A DNA stretch of 64,000 bases. Origin: a virus. The translations under genes were made by a program, and so were the position numbers. The stretch lies in IMG/VR virus record IMGVR_UViG_3300036893_000049, positions 1-64,000 of that record. The stretch is one strand, 5' to 3'. Below are positions 9,649 through 20,240 of the stretch, in pieces (position 1 is the stretch's first letter; every line of letters starts with the position of its first letter). The notes beneath the pieces are model-generated. The model saw only the letters and a program-made list of their open reading frames with translations. It did not search any database and was not told the origin of the DNA.

Positions 9649-10831
9649 ACTGGCGGTGTTGCCGGTCAGTGCGTTACCTACGATTCTGGCGGTATATAAG
9701 ACCAATATTCTCGGTCGTCTCAAAGCTGAATTAGATGGTTGGGAGGCCGACGCCACAACACCGAAAGGCCGCGCGGAAATCGGGAGTAAGGTGCAGAAGG
9801 TCCGTGTCGCGCGTGCGGACTTCAAGCGGCTTGCCGATTCGCTCAAAGAGGACGCGATCAAGACGCAGCGTGCCGTTAATGCTGAGTTCAAAATATTGGA
9901 CGAACGCATGGAGGGCCTGATCGAGGAGATAAACGCCAGACGCGCCGAATACGAGGCGGCAGAGGCGGCACGGATCAAGGGCAATAAAGACGCCATTGAG
10001 GCCATGGAGGCGCTGGTCGTTGGGCTGGTCGATCTGTCGCCGGATGAAATACAGGCCCGTGCCGCGTCGATCCAGTCGTTCGATTATTCTGTTGAGTTTC
10101 GGGATCGGGCCGAGAAAGCGCGTGTAAGTGTTTTAGCGCAGTTGCGGGTCGCTTATAGCGATGCGGTGCAGCGGATCGCGGATGTTGAGGCTGAGCGGGT
10201 CCGGTTGGCCGAAGAAACCGAATGCCAACGCCTGGCCGATATCGAGGCACGGCGCGTGCGGGAGGAAGAAATTGCCCGTGCCGCCGCTGAACGCGCCAGG
10301 ATTGATGCGGAAGCCGAGGCTGAGCGGTTGCGGGTAGCGGCTGCGGCCGAAGCGCAACGCCTGCTGGACGAAGCGGCGGCGCGGGAGCGGGAACAGGCCG
10401 AAGCCGCGGAACGGGAACGCCGGGAAGCCGAACAACGGCTGGCGCAGGCCGAACAACGGCGCCAGGAAGCCATCGCGGCTGGCGAGCGCGCCAGACTCGC
10501 GGTGGAAGAACGGGAACGGCTTGTGGCGGCGGAGACCGAACGGCGTCGTGTGCAGGCGGCTGAACAAGCCGAACGGGATCGGCTGGCCGCCGTCGAAGCC
10601 GAACGGCAACGTGTCGCCCGTGAGACCGAGGCGCAACGGCTCGCGGATGAGAAGCGGGCGGCGGATAAGGCACACCGAGGCCAAATTAACCGCGCGGTCT
10701 TGACTGATCTCATGGCGATCCTGAATGACAACTGGAAACCGGAAGATATGCTATCGCCGGAAGTCCTGGCAAGGAAGATCGTTGAGGAGATCGCTAAGGG
10801 ACACGTTCGGCATACGAGGATTACTTATTGA
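9602..10831 (+). CDS. phage coiled-coil protein of the recombination module
   Basis: DATTPKGRAEI motif, long A/E/R-rich helix, C-terminal IAKGHVRHTRITY. Confidence 0.7.
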   Translation: MSDTIDGDLFEAPKTELAVLPVSALPTILAVYKTNILGRLKAELDGWEADATTPKGRAEIGSKVQKVRVARADFKRLADSLKEDAIKTQRAVNAEFKILDERMEGLIEEINARRAEYEAAEAARIKGNKDAIEAMEALVVGLVDLSPDEIQARAASIQSFDYSVEFRDRAEKARVSVLAQLRVAYSDAVQRIADVEAERVRLAEETECQRLADIEARRVREEEIARAAAERARIDAEAEAERLRVAAAAEAQRLLDEAAAREREQAEAAERERREAEQRLAQAEQRRQEAIAAGERARLAVEERERLVAAETERRRVQAAEQAERDRLAAVEAERQRVARETEAQRLADEKRAADKAHRGQINRAVLTDLMAILNDNWKPEDMLSPEVLARKIVEEIAKGHVRHTRITY

Positions 10832-11709
10832 TGATCACCGACCCTGGCTGCTACAATCTTCCCGAAGACGATTACCACCGTGACCCATGTCCGACGCCCA
10901 GTCTTTCCGCTGGCATGATCAACCAAATCCTGATCGCGCCTAAGAAATGTTGGCACGCATCATCGCGGCTCAATTCGGCATGGGAAGAACCGGATGACAG
11001 CAAATTCACGATCGGCACCGTGACCCATATCATCCACCTTGAACCGCACGAATTCGACCGCAAGGTTTTGGTCTGCGACTTCAAGACATGGCAATCCAAC
11101 GATGCCAAAGCGGCGCGCGCCGACGCGAAAAAGAACGGCATGACCGCCATCCTCACACACCAGATGGAAGCAGTCCGCGAAGCCCGAGCCGCGTTCCTGG
11201 CGAACGAATTTACGCGCGAGGCATGGTCCAATGGCAAAACCGAGCAATCGCTTTTTTGGTTGCATCCGACGTTGAAAATATGGTGCCGGGCTCGGCCGGA
11301 CTTTATCTCGAACAACCATACTCATATCAATGATCACAAGGCGACGGCAGATGCTAACCCGGAGAAATTCGGGAAGCACGCTTACGATTTGGGGTACTAT
11401 AGGCGGGCCGCCTGGTACCTCGAAGGATATGAGCAGGTGTTCGGCGAGCGGCCGGACCACTACTGGTTCATATCGCAGGAAATCAAGGCCCCATATCTCA
11501 CCGCGGTCTGCGAACTGGATGAATCCGCGTTGGAGGCGGGACTCATGGAGAACGAGCGCGCGGCGCGAATCTTCACACGTTGTCTGGAACGAAATGAATG
11601 GCCCGGTTACCGGCACCGCGACCAGCCGGACAAGGATATCGCGTTTAAGACGGGTATGCCGAATTGGGCGTATATTCAGATCGATCAACGCGACGGTGTT
11701 TATCGTTAG
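10831..11709 (+). CDS. PD-(D/E)XK exonuclease, RecE/exonuclease VIII-like (DUF3799)
   Basis: YH...SLSAG, GTVTH, EQSLFW, RARPD, DHKAT, GYYRRAAWY motifs. Confidence 0.85.
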   Translation: MITDPGCYNLPEDDYHRDPCPTPSLSAGMINQILIAPKKCWHASSRLNSAWEEPDDSKFTIGTVTHIIHLEPHEFDRKVLVCDFKTWQSNDAKAARADAKKNGMTAILTHQMEAVREARAAFLANEFTREAWSNGKTEQSLFWLHPTLKIWCRARPDFISNNHTHINDHKATADANPEKFGKHAYDLGYYRRAAWYLEGYEQVFGERPDHYWFISQEIKAPYLTAVCELDESALEAGLMENERAARIFTRCLERNEWPGYRHRDQPDKDIAFKTGMPNWAYIQIDQRDGVYR

Positions 11710-11721
11710 AAAGGAAATGGG

Positions 11722-11829
11722 ATGATACAGTTGTTCACGCTCTTCGTATTGGCGGTTGGGGTACTGGTCAATGCGGTCGCTCTCGCGCGAGTCAATCGAG
11801 TGCTACGGCGATTGGAGGGAGTGGTCTAA
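11722..11829 (+). CDS. small membrane protein (35 aa)
   Basis: MIQLFTLFVLAVGVLVNAVAL...; AGGA Shine-Dalgarno; TAATG coupling to next gene. Confidence 0.5.
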   Translation: MIQLFTLFVLAVGVLVNAVALARVNRVLRRLEGVV

Positions 11830-12845
11830 TGTCTCTCGTCCAAATCGCCCCGGTCACACGCCAGGGGATGAAACTCCTGATTTCTCTGTTCGGTCTGTCC
11901 GAAACAGGGAAAACCTATTCCGCCCTGAAACTCATGGCCGGGATCGAGCCCGACCCAAAGAAGCGGGGCCTACTCGATACGGAAGGCGGCGAACGTGGCC
12001 GGATGTATTTCGACGCCATTGAAGGCGGCTATATGTATGGCTCTCTGACGCCGCCGTTCACGCCTGAGCGCTATATGGAGGCGTTGCGTGATTTCGTTGA
12101 AGCGGGGGTGACGACGCTTACCGTGGATTCAGTCTCGCACGCATGGTTCGCTGCTGGCGGCATCCTCGATATGGTGGAACAAGCCACCGAAAAAAACGAT
12201 ATGGCAAAATGGGCCAAGCCGAAACGGCGGCTTGGCAAACTCTCCGGCCAATGGTTGACGTGCGGGCTGCACCTGATCCTTTGCTCGCGCGGCAAGCAGC
12301 CGATGGTCGAGGAAGTCGTAAATGGGCGCAAAGCCTATGTTCCTGGCCCCATAGTGCCGGTGCAGGAAAAGTCGCTGCGCTTCGACATGACCATTATGGC
12401 GCTGATGCTTGGTGATGGCGCATTTACGACCGACCGAAAATTCGGCGGCAAGTGTCCGGGTTCATTGCGTCCGATATTCGAGGGCCATGAAGTCATGGAT
12501 GAGAGTATTGGCCGTCAACTAATCGCGTGGATTGGCGGTCAGGACGTAAAGGCATCGGGAGATCGGGGCCTCGAACTCGATGCGGGAGAAGCCGCCGCGT
12601 TGGGCACCGACTCGTATGTGGCGTTCTGGAAAGCCCTGACCAACGAACAGCGGACCCGCTTGCTACCGGGCCACGACAACCGTAAATCGATTGCGAAGGC
12701 TGCTGACGAGGAAATCGAACGCGCGAAACAGGAAGCGGAGGGCGAAGACCGTGCCGATCCGTTTGGCGCTGGTAAGGCCCTCGAAACAGGTATCGCTTTA
12801 GTGGGAGGAACCGACGTTGGATCGACCGATGCCGCCTCAAATTAA
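11829..12845 (+). CDS. Sak4-like / AAA_24 P-loop recombination ATPase
   Basis: GLSETGKT, LLDTE, VDSVSHAW motifs; adjacent to the exonuclease. Confidence 0.8.
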   Translation: MSLVQIAPVTRQGMKLLISLFGLSETGKTYSALKLMAGIEPDPKKRGLLDTEGGERGRMYFDAIEGGYMYGSLTPPFTPERYMEALRDFVEAGVTTLTVDSVSHAWFAAGGILDMVEQATEKNDMAKWAKPKRRLGKLSGQWLTCGLHLILCSRGKQPMVEEVVNGRKAYVPGPIVPVQEKSLRFDMTIMALMLGDGAFTTDRKFGGKCPGSLRPIFEGHEVMDESIGRQLIAWIGGQDVKASGDRGLELDAGEAAALGTDSYVAFWKALTNEQRTRLLPGHDNRKSIAKAADEEIERAKQEAEGEDRADPFGAGKALETGIALVGGTDVGSTDAASN

Positions 12846-13353
12846 GATTCGAAGTTGCGCGACTTGCGTGTTGTGGCCGAAGGATGACGAACGTCCCGGA
12901 TTGCGGCGTTGCCCGAAGTTCCGCGTGCTGACCGGCGCTTCACACGGATCGGCCTGCACGGCCTATGTCCTGGGCGCGGAGGTCCCCGCCGAATGACTAC
13001 CGCCCCGCCGGAGCCGGAGAAGAAGCTATGCGTTTGATCGCCGCGTATCGCATCTGCCATCTGATCGGCCACAAGCGGGAAGGCTACCATGCTGGGTGGT
13101 ACTACGACCGGCGTGGCCGTCAACGCGAACGCAGGCACCAGCGATGTAAGCGGTGCGGCACATCGGACGGCGGCGAGGTCTTTCGTGCAGGCGCGTTGGA
13201 ATGGATGCGGTGGTGGAATTTACGGCGCTCGTTCGAGGATCATACTCGAATAGTTCGCTTGTGGATCGGGCGAGACTGCGAGGCTTGCGGGAAGCGCCGA
13301 TCCCGATTCGGGTGCGATGTCGGGGATCATCGGGACTGTTTGGAGATACCGTT

Positions 13354-13893
13354 TTGAGTGATGATCCGAAGCCCACCTGGATTCCCCGTGAAACCTGGCG
13401 CCAGGAAAAAGCCGTCGTATTCGCGCGGGACGCCATTGTCGGGCCGCACATCTTCATGGCTCATGATCGGTCCCGCGCGAAGTCCAGCAAGGAACATCTC
13501 TGGCAGGCCAAGCGCGGCGTCCGCAAGGGCACGCCAGACACGCAACTGATCCTCCCCGGAGGGTTGCATGCCTGGTTCGAATTCAAGGCCCCAGGGCAAC
13601 GTGTGGCGTCTGGAGACGACCAGGATTTGATGCTGGCGAAACTGCGGTCTCTTGGCGATGAAGCGGATTGGGGCGTAACAATCGAAGATATGCGCGCGTT
13701 CTGGGCCGAGCATAATGTCCCGATGGTGCCGAACGCGGCTTACCGCGCGATGGTGCTGGATGGGCTGGTCGATAGCCGCATCGCCAAGGCCGAGGGCGCG
13801 GTGCCAGTCGTTAAGAAGGCCGCGCGGCCCGGTAAAGTCCAGCCTCGATTCACGGCTGGGAAACGGATGGCGAGAAGGATTTATGCGGGATGA
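13354..13893 (+). CDS. VRR-NUC domain nuclease
   Basis: KRGVRKGTPD...WFEFKAPG...Q motif. Confidence 0.75.
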   Translation: MSDDPKPTWIPRETWRQEKAVVFARDAIVGPHIFMAHDRSRAKSSKEHLWQAKRGVRKGTPDTQLILPGGLHAWFEFKAPGQRVASGDDQDLMLAKLRSLGDEADWGVTIEDMRAFWAEHNVPMVPNAAYRAMVLDGLVDSRIAKAEGAVPVVKKAARPGKVQPRFTAGKRMARRIYAG

Positions 13894-14087
13894 CACCCCG
13901 AGAAAAAGCCCGCACATGGCACAAAGGCGGCATCCGTAGTGGCCGGATAGCCCTCGCGCTTGGCGTGTCTGCCCGCACGGTCCAGCGGTGGGTTTACGGG
14001 CACAAGGCAGTCTGGCCGTTGACGGTGACGCGGGTGCGGGCGAATGGGCGGGCGAGAGTGGTGCGATGCCTGTCCACGTCCGCCTGA
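13890..14087 (+). CDS. small HTH protein
   Basis: SGRIALALGVSARTVQRW. Confidence 0.65.
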   Translation: MTPREKARTWHKGGIRSGRIALALGVSARTVQRWVYGHKAVWPLTVTRVRANGRARVVRCLSTSA

Positions 14088-14463
14088 CCCCCGCCGAACG
14101 CGCGCTCCAGCCCGAGATCGGGGACGTCATCGGCATCCTGCACGGGACAGAGAACGGCGTGGCGGAGGTCGAGTGGCCTGGGCGGAGGTCGTGGCATCGG
14201 GAGGGGGATTTGGAGCGTGTCGAACAAATCTGACCCCCGCCAGAGTTCGCTGTTCCGCGAGCCCGCTCCACGAACCGCACCACAAGTTGTTGAAAAGAAA
14301 GGTGCACGGGACCGAAGCGTGACCTTTTTGTTGCCCGAGGACTATGGGGAGGAGACGGATTGGACGCCCGGTCCGGTTCCCGATGAACTTGATGCCTGGT
14401 TTCGTGCGCCGGAGAGAGCGTGGAACAGGGGGTTGGGGTAGGTAGTTTCCGAGGGGGAGGGGC

Positions 14464-14492
14464 TTGACAGACTCCCTAAACAGGCGTCAAAT
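14464..14492 (+). promoter_or_regulatory. putative sigma70 promoter of the replication operon
   Basis: TTGACA-N17-TCAAAT. Confidence 0.55.
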
Positions 14493-14515
14493 GGACGCTT
14501 CATAGGGAGCCGACC

Positions 14516-14728
14516 ATGATCGATGAAGGCCGGATAAACTTGCGGTTGCCACCAGTTACCGCGAATAAGGTGCGCGCTTTGGCCAAGGAGCGCAATCAGA
14601 CCCTCGTGGGGCTGGTCAGGGAAGCGGTGGGAGTTCTACAGACCGCGCATCAGGGCGGCAAGGATGGTCTTTATCTCGGTCTGGCCAAGCATCGAGAAAA
14701 CCTCGAAACCGTCCTGGTGTCGCCATGA
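14516..14728 (+). CDS. ribbon-helix-helix (CopG/Arc-like) regulator
   Basis: RINLRLP...VRALAKERNQTLVGLVREAV. Confidence 0.7.
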   Translation: MIDEGRINLRLPPVTANKVRALAKERNQTLVGLVREAVGVLQTAHQGGKDGLYLGLAKHRENLETVLVSP

Positions 14729-15042
14729 GCGAACAATCCCGTATGCCGGTGACCATCTTAGAATGGAAGCCGATGAAACGGAACACGCTGCACGGGTTCG
14801 TCAAAATCCAACTCGGAGCCTTGACTATTTCCGATTGCCCCATTCACGATACCCAGGGACGCAAATGGTGTGGGTTGCCATCAAAACCAATAATTACAGC
14901 GGAGGGAACCGTGAAGAAGGGAGACGATGGCAAGGTTAAATATGTCCCGCTCCTACAGTGGGCAACAAAGGCCGCGAGCGACCGATTTAGTGATTCCGTG
15001 GTCCTCTCGCTGGAAGAAAAACACCCCGACGCCTTCGCGTAA
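14725..15042 (+). CDS. SpoVG-like/putative ssDNA-binding protein
   Basis: TLHGFVKIQLGALTISDCPIH...WCGLPSKP pattern; directly upstream of the primase. Confidence 0.55.
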   Translation: MSEQSRMPVTILEWKPMKRNTLHGFVKIQLGALTISDCPIHDTQGRKWCGLPSKPIITAEGTVKKGDDGKVKYVPLLQWATKAASDRFSDSVVLSLEEKHPDAFA

Positions 15043-15053
15043 GCTATTTGCCA

Positions 15054-17480
15054 ATGGGCATCCTGGAAGTCGCGCTTGATATTGTTTTCCGCGAGAATTT
15101 GCCGGTGTTTCCGTGCGGTTCGCGTAAGACGCCTGCTATCTCGAAAGAGAAAGGCGGTCGTGGTTTTATTGATGCAAGCCGCGATGAAGATGAGGTTCGC
15201 CGCATGTTCCGGCTTGCCTCTCGCCCATCGCTGGTAGGGGTTCCAACAGGCCCTGATTCGGGTTTTGACGTTCTAGACCTGGATTACCGGCATGGTGCCG
15301 GATCATGGGAAATGGAGAACGCGCACCGGCTTCCCGAGACGCGCGTCCATCGGACGATGAGCGGTGGCCGTCATTACCTTTTCAAGCATGTTGATGGGGT
15401 CCGCAACAGCGCCAGCAAGAAAACCCTGGCCGGTGGGGTCGATATCCGAGGAGACGGCGGTTATGTCATATATCCGCCTTCCCTTGGCTACATCGTGGAT
15501 TCGGACGCTGAAATAGCGCCGTGGCCTGCGTGGCTGCTCGCCCTGGTTATGAAACATCTGGAAGATCGAAAACCAATAGAACGGCCAGCACCGGGACCGC
15601 CCGTCGAGATTTCAGAAAAAAGGCTCAAAGGCTACATTGAGACCGTTCTTTCCCGCGTTGCCGCCGCGCCCGATGGCGCGAAACATGATACGCTCAGGAA
15701 CAGCGCCAGGCTTCTCGGCGGCATCCAGCATGCCGCGGGTTTCTCGGACGCCACCGCCCTTGGCTGGTTGACCGATAAGGTTCCAAAGAGTGCGCTCGAT
15801 TGGGATAACGTCAAAAAGACCGCGCTCTGGGGTCTGGAAGACGGCCGCCAATATCCATTCGAACTGGAAGACCGCCCGAAATACGTCAACGGCCAAACCA
15901 AATCGAACGGCCATGACACATCCGGTCAACCGATTCGGGTTGTGCCTCCGAAGCCAGAAGACCCCGCGCGTCCCACGATCACGGTTTACCATGGCTTGCG
16001 TCACCAGGCCGCCGATGAGGCGCTAACGGCCATGGGTAACGCCGGAGTGCCGTTTTATCAGCGAGATCGCACACTCGTCCGCGTTTCCCTTGCCAAGGCG
16101 AAAACATCAGATGGGCATGTGATCGAGATCGCAGGGTTGATCGGCGTTACCGCTCCCATCCTCGGCCGCGCGATGGGTAAGGTGGCGGAATGGCAGAAAC
16201 TCCTGAAATCCGGCGAGCCGGTGAGAATCGACCCGCCGAAGGAGGTTGTGGAACAGGTCGCCGCGATGTCAGGAGAATGGCCGTTCCCGCCGATCACGGG
16301 TGTTATCAGCACGCCGACCCTGCGTCCGGATGGCACGCTCTTGTTGACGGAGGGATACGATGATGCGACCGGACTTGTTCTGGTCGCACCGCCGCCTATG
16401 CCGACGATCCCCGATCATCCGACGAAAAGGGACGCCGCCGCCGCGCTCAACGCCTTGGCTGAACTATTGGTTGAGTTCCCATTTGTTGACGACAGCAGCC
16501 GTTCCGTTGCTTTTTCGATGATATTGACTACCGTGTTGCGCGGCGCGCTTCTCCCGGCCGTGCCCATGCATGTCGCCACCGCGCCGCAACCCGGCACCGG
16601 CAAATCTTTTCTTTCGGATATCGCCTCGGTAATATCGACTGGCGAGCGTTGTGCCGTGATCGCCTGGGCGCCGAACATGGAAGAGACCGAAAAACGGTTG
16701 ATCGGGGCGGCTCTGACGGGTCAGCAAATCATCGCGATCGACAACGTTTCGGAGATGATGTCCGGCGACTTTCTCAACCAACTGACCGAACGGCCGATCC
16801 TCCAGCCGCGTGGCCTGGGCTCCAGCGCCATGCCACGTATCGCCAATAGCTTTACCGTTTTCGCCAACGGCAACAACCTCTCTGCGCCGGCCGATCTGGT
16901 GCGACGCACGCTGATTTGCCGCCTGGATGCGAACCTGGAAAACCCGGAGGAACGCGAATTCAAGGGCAATCCGGTTCGCGATGTCCTGGAAAACCGGGGG
17001 AAATATGTCGCGGCCGCCCTGACCATCGGGCGCGCCTACATCACCGCCGGTTCGCCCGAAAAATGCAAAACGCTTCCCAGTTTCGACCGATGGTCCGATT
17101 TGGTCCGGTCAGCACTCGTTTGGCTCCAAATGCCGGACCCCTGTCTTTCGATGGACATGGCCCGCGCCGAAGACCCTATCCGCGCATCACGTGGCGCGCT
17201 CTTCAAGGCATGGGAATCGGAGATCGGGCTCAATCCAGGCGGTCTCACAACGTCTCATTTAGTTGAAGAGACCGAATCGCGGGATGGATTCGGCTTTTCC
17301 CATCCCCTTTTCCGCGAGGCGTGTCTTGGCATCGCTTCGGAGCGCGTTGGTTCGGGTGTTTCGCCAAGAAGACTTGGTAAGTGGTTGGCAAAAAACAATA
17401 ATAACCGCGTTGGAAACCTCAAGATGACCGTGAATCTGGAAGACCCGACACGCCCAAGGTGGGTTCTGAGCCGGGACTGA
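15054..17480 (+). CDS. bifunctional primase-polymerase fused to a P-loop helicase-like domain
   Basis: Prim-Pol motifs VFPC, GVPTG, VLDLD, TMSGGRHYLF, GVDIRGDGGYVI; C-terminal PGTGKS, IDNV, ANGNN. Confidence 0.85.
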   Translation: MGILEVALDIVFRENLPVFPCGSRKTPAISKEKGGRGFIDASRDEDEVRRMFRLASRPSLVGVPTGPDSGFDVLDLDYRHGAGSWEMENAHRLPETRVHRTMSGGRHYLFKHVDGVRNSASKKTLAGGVDIRGDGGYVIYPPSLGYIVDSDAEIAPWPAWLLALVMKHLEDRKPIERPAPGPPVEISEKRLKGYIETVLSRVAAAPDGAKHDTLRNSARLLGGIQHAAGFSDATALGWLTDKVPKSALDWDNVKKTALWGLEDGRQYPFELEDRPKYVNGQTKSNGHDTSGQPIRVVPPKPEDPARPTITVYHGLRHQAADEALTAMGNAGVPFYQRDRTLVRVSLAKAKTSDGHVIEIAGLIGVTAPILGRAMGKVAEWQKLLKSGEPVRIDPPKEVVEQVAAMSGEWPFPPITGVISTPTLRPDGTLLLTEGYDDATGLVLVAPPPMPTIPDHPTKRDAAAALNALAELLVEFPFVDDSSRSVAFSMILTTVLRGALLPAVPMHVATAPQPGTGKSFLSDIASVISTGERCAVIAWAPNMEETEKRLIGAALTGQQIIAIDNVSEMMSGDFLNQLTERPILQPRGLGSSAMPRIANSFTVFANGNNLSAPADLVRRTLICRLDANLENPEEREFKGNPVRDVLENRGKYVAAALTIGRAYITAGSPEKCKTLPSFDRWSDLVRSALVWLQMPDPCLSMDMARAEDPIRASRGALFKAWESEIGLNPGGLTTSHLVEETESRDGFGFSHPLFREACLGIASERVGSGVSPRRLGKWLAKNNNNRVGNLKMTVNLEDPTRPRWVLSRD

Positions 17481-17646
17481 TTTGCGGGTTTCGCTTGTTT
17501 TGCGGGTTTCCCCAGCCGGAGTCTCGCGTGAGAGTACTGACAAAATGAGACGAAATACGCAAATAATAGAATGAGTCCTACAAGAAGCACGTATGCAATC
17601 TGGGCCAGCGGTGGAACAAACCCGCAAAACCCGCCAAACCCGCAAA
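17481..17646. repeat. inverted 11-bp iteron set, putative replication origin
   Basis: TTTGCGGGTTT x2 (17481, 17499) and AAACCCGC(A/C)AA x3 (17618-17646) flanking an AT-richer core. Confidence 0.6.
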
Positions 17647-18253
17647 GCGGATAACTGATTGGAGACACCCATGCCCCTCGTCCCCCCGCTCGACCTGCGA
17701 GCCGCCCAGGAGCCGGACACCACCGGATACACCACCACCGGCGACCATGAACTGGCCATCATCGCCGCCTTGCGCCGGGCCGCCACGGCCCCGGAGCCAC
17801 CTGTGAGCCACTGGGCTCCGTTCCTGCTGGCCATCGCCCTGAGCGGGCTCGTGGCGGGGCTGACGGGGGTGGTGGGGTGACCCCGGCCCTTATCGCGCTG
17901 CTATCCGGCATGATCTTCGCGTCGGTCTTTTGGTAGGTGGTCCTGGCATGCGGGTTGGTTTTTTGGAGATTCTGGCCATGACCGACCCCGAAGAATGGGC
18001 CTTCGTCCCAAACGGCACCCGCGCGCCCCTGGTGACCGCGTGGTGGCGTGTCAGCCTGTTCGCCCGGATCGTGGGGCGGGAATGGCATGCGGGCCGTGTG
18101 GGGCCTCTGACGGCCTGGGAGACGTGCCGGATCATTCATCCCTGGCACGAGCCGGTTAAGGTGTGGAGGCGGGTGGTATGACCGCTGCCCAACGCCGCGC
18201 CCTGGCCTGGCTCCCCCCCCCGGCCGGTCCTGGTGCCAGCCGGGGATCTTTGT

Positions 18254-18511
18254 TTACGCCAGCCGCCGCCGGTTCGCACGCAACTGGATCAGCGGCGGCG
18301 GACATTCGGCGATGCACGGCCATTCGTAGAACCGTCCCCGCGCGGATTCCCGGATTACAACACCGAGACCGTTGCAATACGGGCAGGCGTTCGGCGGGGT
18401 ATGGACCAGACCATCCACGATCTCCGCCAGTTCCAGGAGCGCGCCGGTGGTCTTTTCCGCCGCGTGAGGTTTCCATTCCGTCGCGCGGAGGACGGCTTCG
18501 ATCGGGTTCAT
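18254..18511 (-). CDS. small Zn-finger-like protein
   Basis: CPYCNGLG...C..C. Confidence 0.5.
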   Translation of the reverse strand: MNPIEAVLRATEWKPHAAEKTTGALLELAEIVDGLVHTPPNACPYCNGLGVVIRESARGRFYEWPCIAECPPPLIQLRANRRRLA

Positions 18512-18819
18512 GTTTCCAACTCCTTCAACAATCTCCGCGCCGCCAGAATCACGTTCGGATCGGGATAAACGACGCGTGCCTCAAGGTCCGCGTCCTTTAT
18601 TCTGTTCCATGGCGCGATCAGCGCGGCGAGGACGGTTTCAAGGCGCGGCGCAATTTGCAGGAACCGCCGCACCGCATTGGCTGGATTCGGGCCAGTGCCA
18701 TTCCAGTCGGGGGTAACGACGGGGATGGTTTCGTATTCGATGATAATTTTGTCTCTCGTGTTACCGCGAACGACGCGGTGGTTGAGAGACCCACCGACGG
18801 TGTATCGTAGCGTTTCCAT
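18508..18819 (-). CDS. hypothetical protein
   Basis: GGAG Shine-Dalgarno, operonic. Confidence 0.5.
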   Translation of the reverse strand: METLRYTVGGSLNHRVVRGNTRDKIIIEYETIPVVTPDWNGTGPNPANAVRRFLQIAPRLETVLAALIAPWNRIKDADLEARVVYPDPNVILAARRLLKELET

Positions 18820-18820
18820 G

Positions 18821-19123
18821 TTATTCTCCCTTCGCCTGTTGCAGCGCCGCGCGGGCGTTGGCCATGTGCCGGTCGAGTTCGTCCAGCGTGCCGCCGTTGT
18901 CGTGGTGGCCGATCAGCGCTTCCAGCGCGCGACACAGAGCGGTGGCGGAACCCGGCATGGGTACGAAGCATATCGCGTTTCCATACCCGTAATAATAAAT
19001 CCATCCGCCCGGCACGGGATGGCGCGAAACATCGCTAGAAACGGCTTCCCATTTTGAGGTGGGAATTGAGGTGTCAATTAACATTGTGTTCTCCATGGGT
19101 CGGGGTAAGCTACGATATTTCAA
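18821..19123 (-). CDS. hypothetical protein
   Basis: RHPVPGGWIY motif; operonic. Confidence 0.5.
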   Translation of the reverse strand: MKYRSLPRPMENTMLIDTSIPTSKWEAVSSDVSRHPVPGGWIYYYGYGNAICFVPMPGSATALCRALEALIGHHDNGGTLDELDRHMANARAALQQAKGE

Positions 19124-19994
19124 CGATCCCGGCGACGGCTCGGGCGCTGGCGTTTATGATCGCCGATGGCGCCCATCCTGGCCCATTGATAAACGCCAGC
19201 CATATCCCATACGACGTGCCAGCATCGCCACCCCGCCGCACATCGCTCATGTACCGGGCGAGTTCCTCGGGTGTCGCGAACGGTGGACTGATCGGGCTGC
19301 CCTCACTTACGGTCTGCCAGATTTGGTAGGCGTCTCCGGCTGGGGGTGGTGTCGGTTTCCACGCTTCATATGCGGACTTTGCCTCGGGAGACGGCCATAT
19401 CTTTCCGTTGCCTTCGCAGGACGAACAATAACAGGACGCGCCAAGCCGTTCGCATTCCGCCGCGATTACGATGCCGCTGTTAATACTATCATGGCCGAAT
19501 CCCATGACCGACCGCTCATTGACCTGTCGCGGCGTTGGGATGACAGCCGGGATTTTTGGCTGCCATCCTTTTTCAGGTGTGAATGTATGGGTGAAATCAT
19601 ACAGTCGCCCCTTCTCGATCAGCGCCGCCACGTCATTTTCGTTCAAATGATGGCACCATTGGGCATTCCACAGTTTACACAGACGTAGGGCGTTGCGCCG
19701 AATCGAGGCGTGATCGAGGCCAAAATATTCCGGGTTTTGCTGAGATTGCAGTCGCGACCGCGTGAAGGCGATGGAATCGTCATCCGATGTGAATGGCACG
19801 CTGCCGCGATCTTTCGGACGGAAAGATTCGTATCCATACCAGAGATTACGCAGGCGGCGAGCCGTCGCGGAATAGCCGTCTCCACCACACACCGCGCAAT
19901 CTTGAGCGGTGTAAAGCGGATTGATGTATCCCCGCCATGGCTCGTTTAAGGGCCAATCGAAGTCAGGCGGTACCCGTTTTAGCACATATCCCAT
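19110..19994 (-). CDS. hypothetical phage protein with CxxCxGxG repeats
   Basis: CAVCGGDG, CSSCEGNG, WQTVSEGSPISPPFATPEELA. Confidence 0.7.
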   Translation of the reverse strand: MGYVLKRVPPDFDWPLNEPWRGYINPLYTAQDCAVCGGDGYSATARRLRNLWYGYESFRPKDRGSVPFTSDDDSIAFTRSRLQSQQNPEYFGLDHASIRRNALRLCKLWNAQWCHHLNENDVAALIEKGRLYDFTHTFTPEKGWQPKIPAVIPTPRQVNERSVMGFGHDSINSGIVIAAECERLGASCYCSSCEGNGKIWPSPEAKSAYEAWKPTPPPAGDAYQIWQTVSEGSPISPPFATPEELARYMSDVRRGGDAGTSYGIWLAFINGPGWAPSAIINASARAVAGIVEIS

Positions 19995-20240
19995 TGGATT
20001 GGTTCCTTGTGTTTTAGTCTGGTTGTCAGGTCACATTCCGCTTTTTCGCCGCCAGTGCGCACAGATCGCGTGTGATCTCTTCCTCGGTTCGCCTATAGAT
20101 ATCCGCGACAAGGTAGGCGGTGATGGAAGGAGTTTCATCAGGAAGCCACTCGATATCGTCATTGTCCACGATCCATTTGAGTGCGGATTTGTATGGGATT
20201 GGAGTGCGGCGTTCAGGGGTCGGCACTGGGGAAACTCCTG

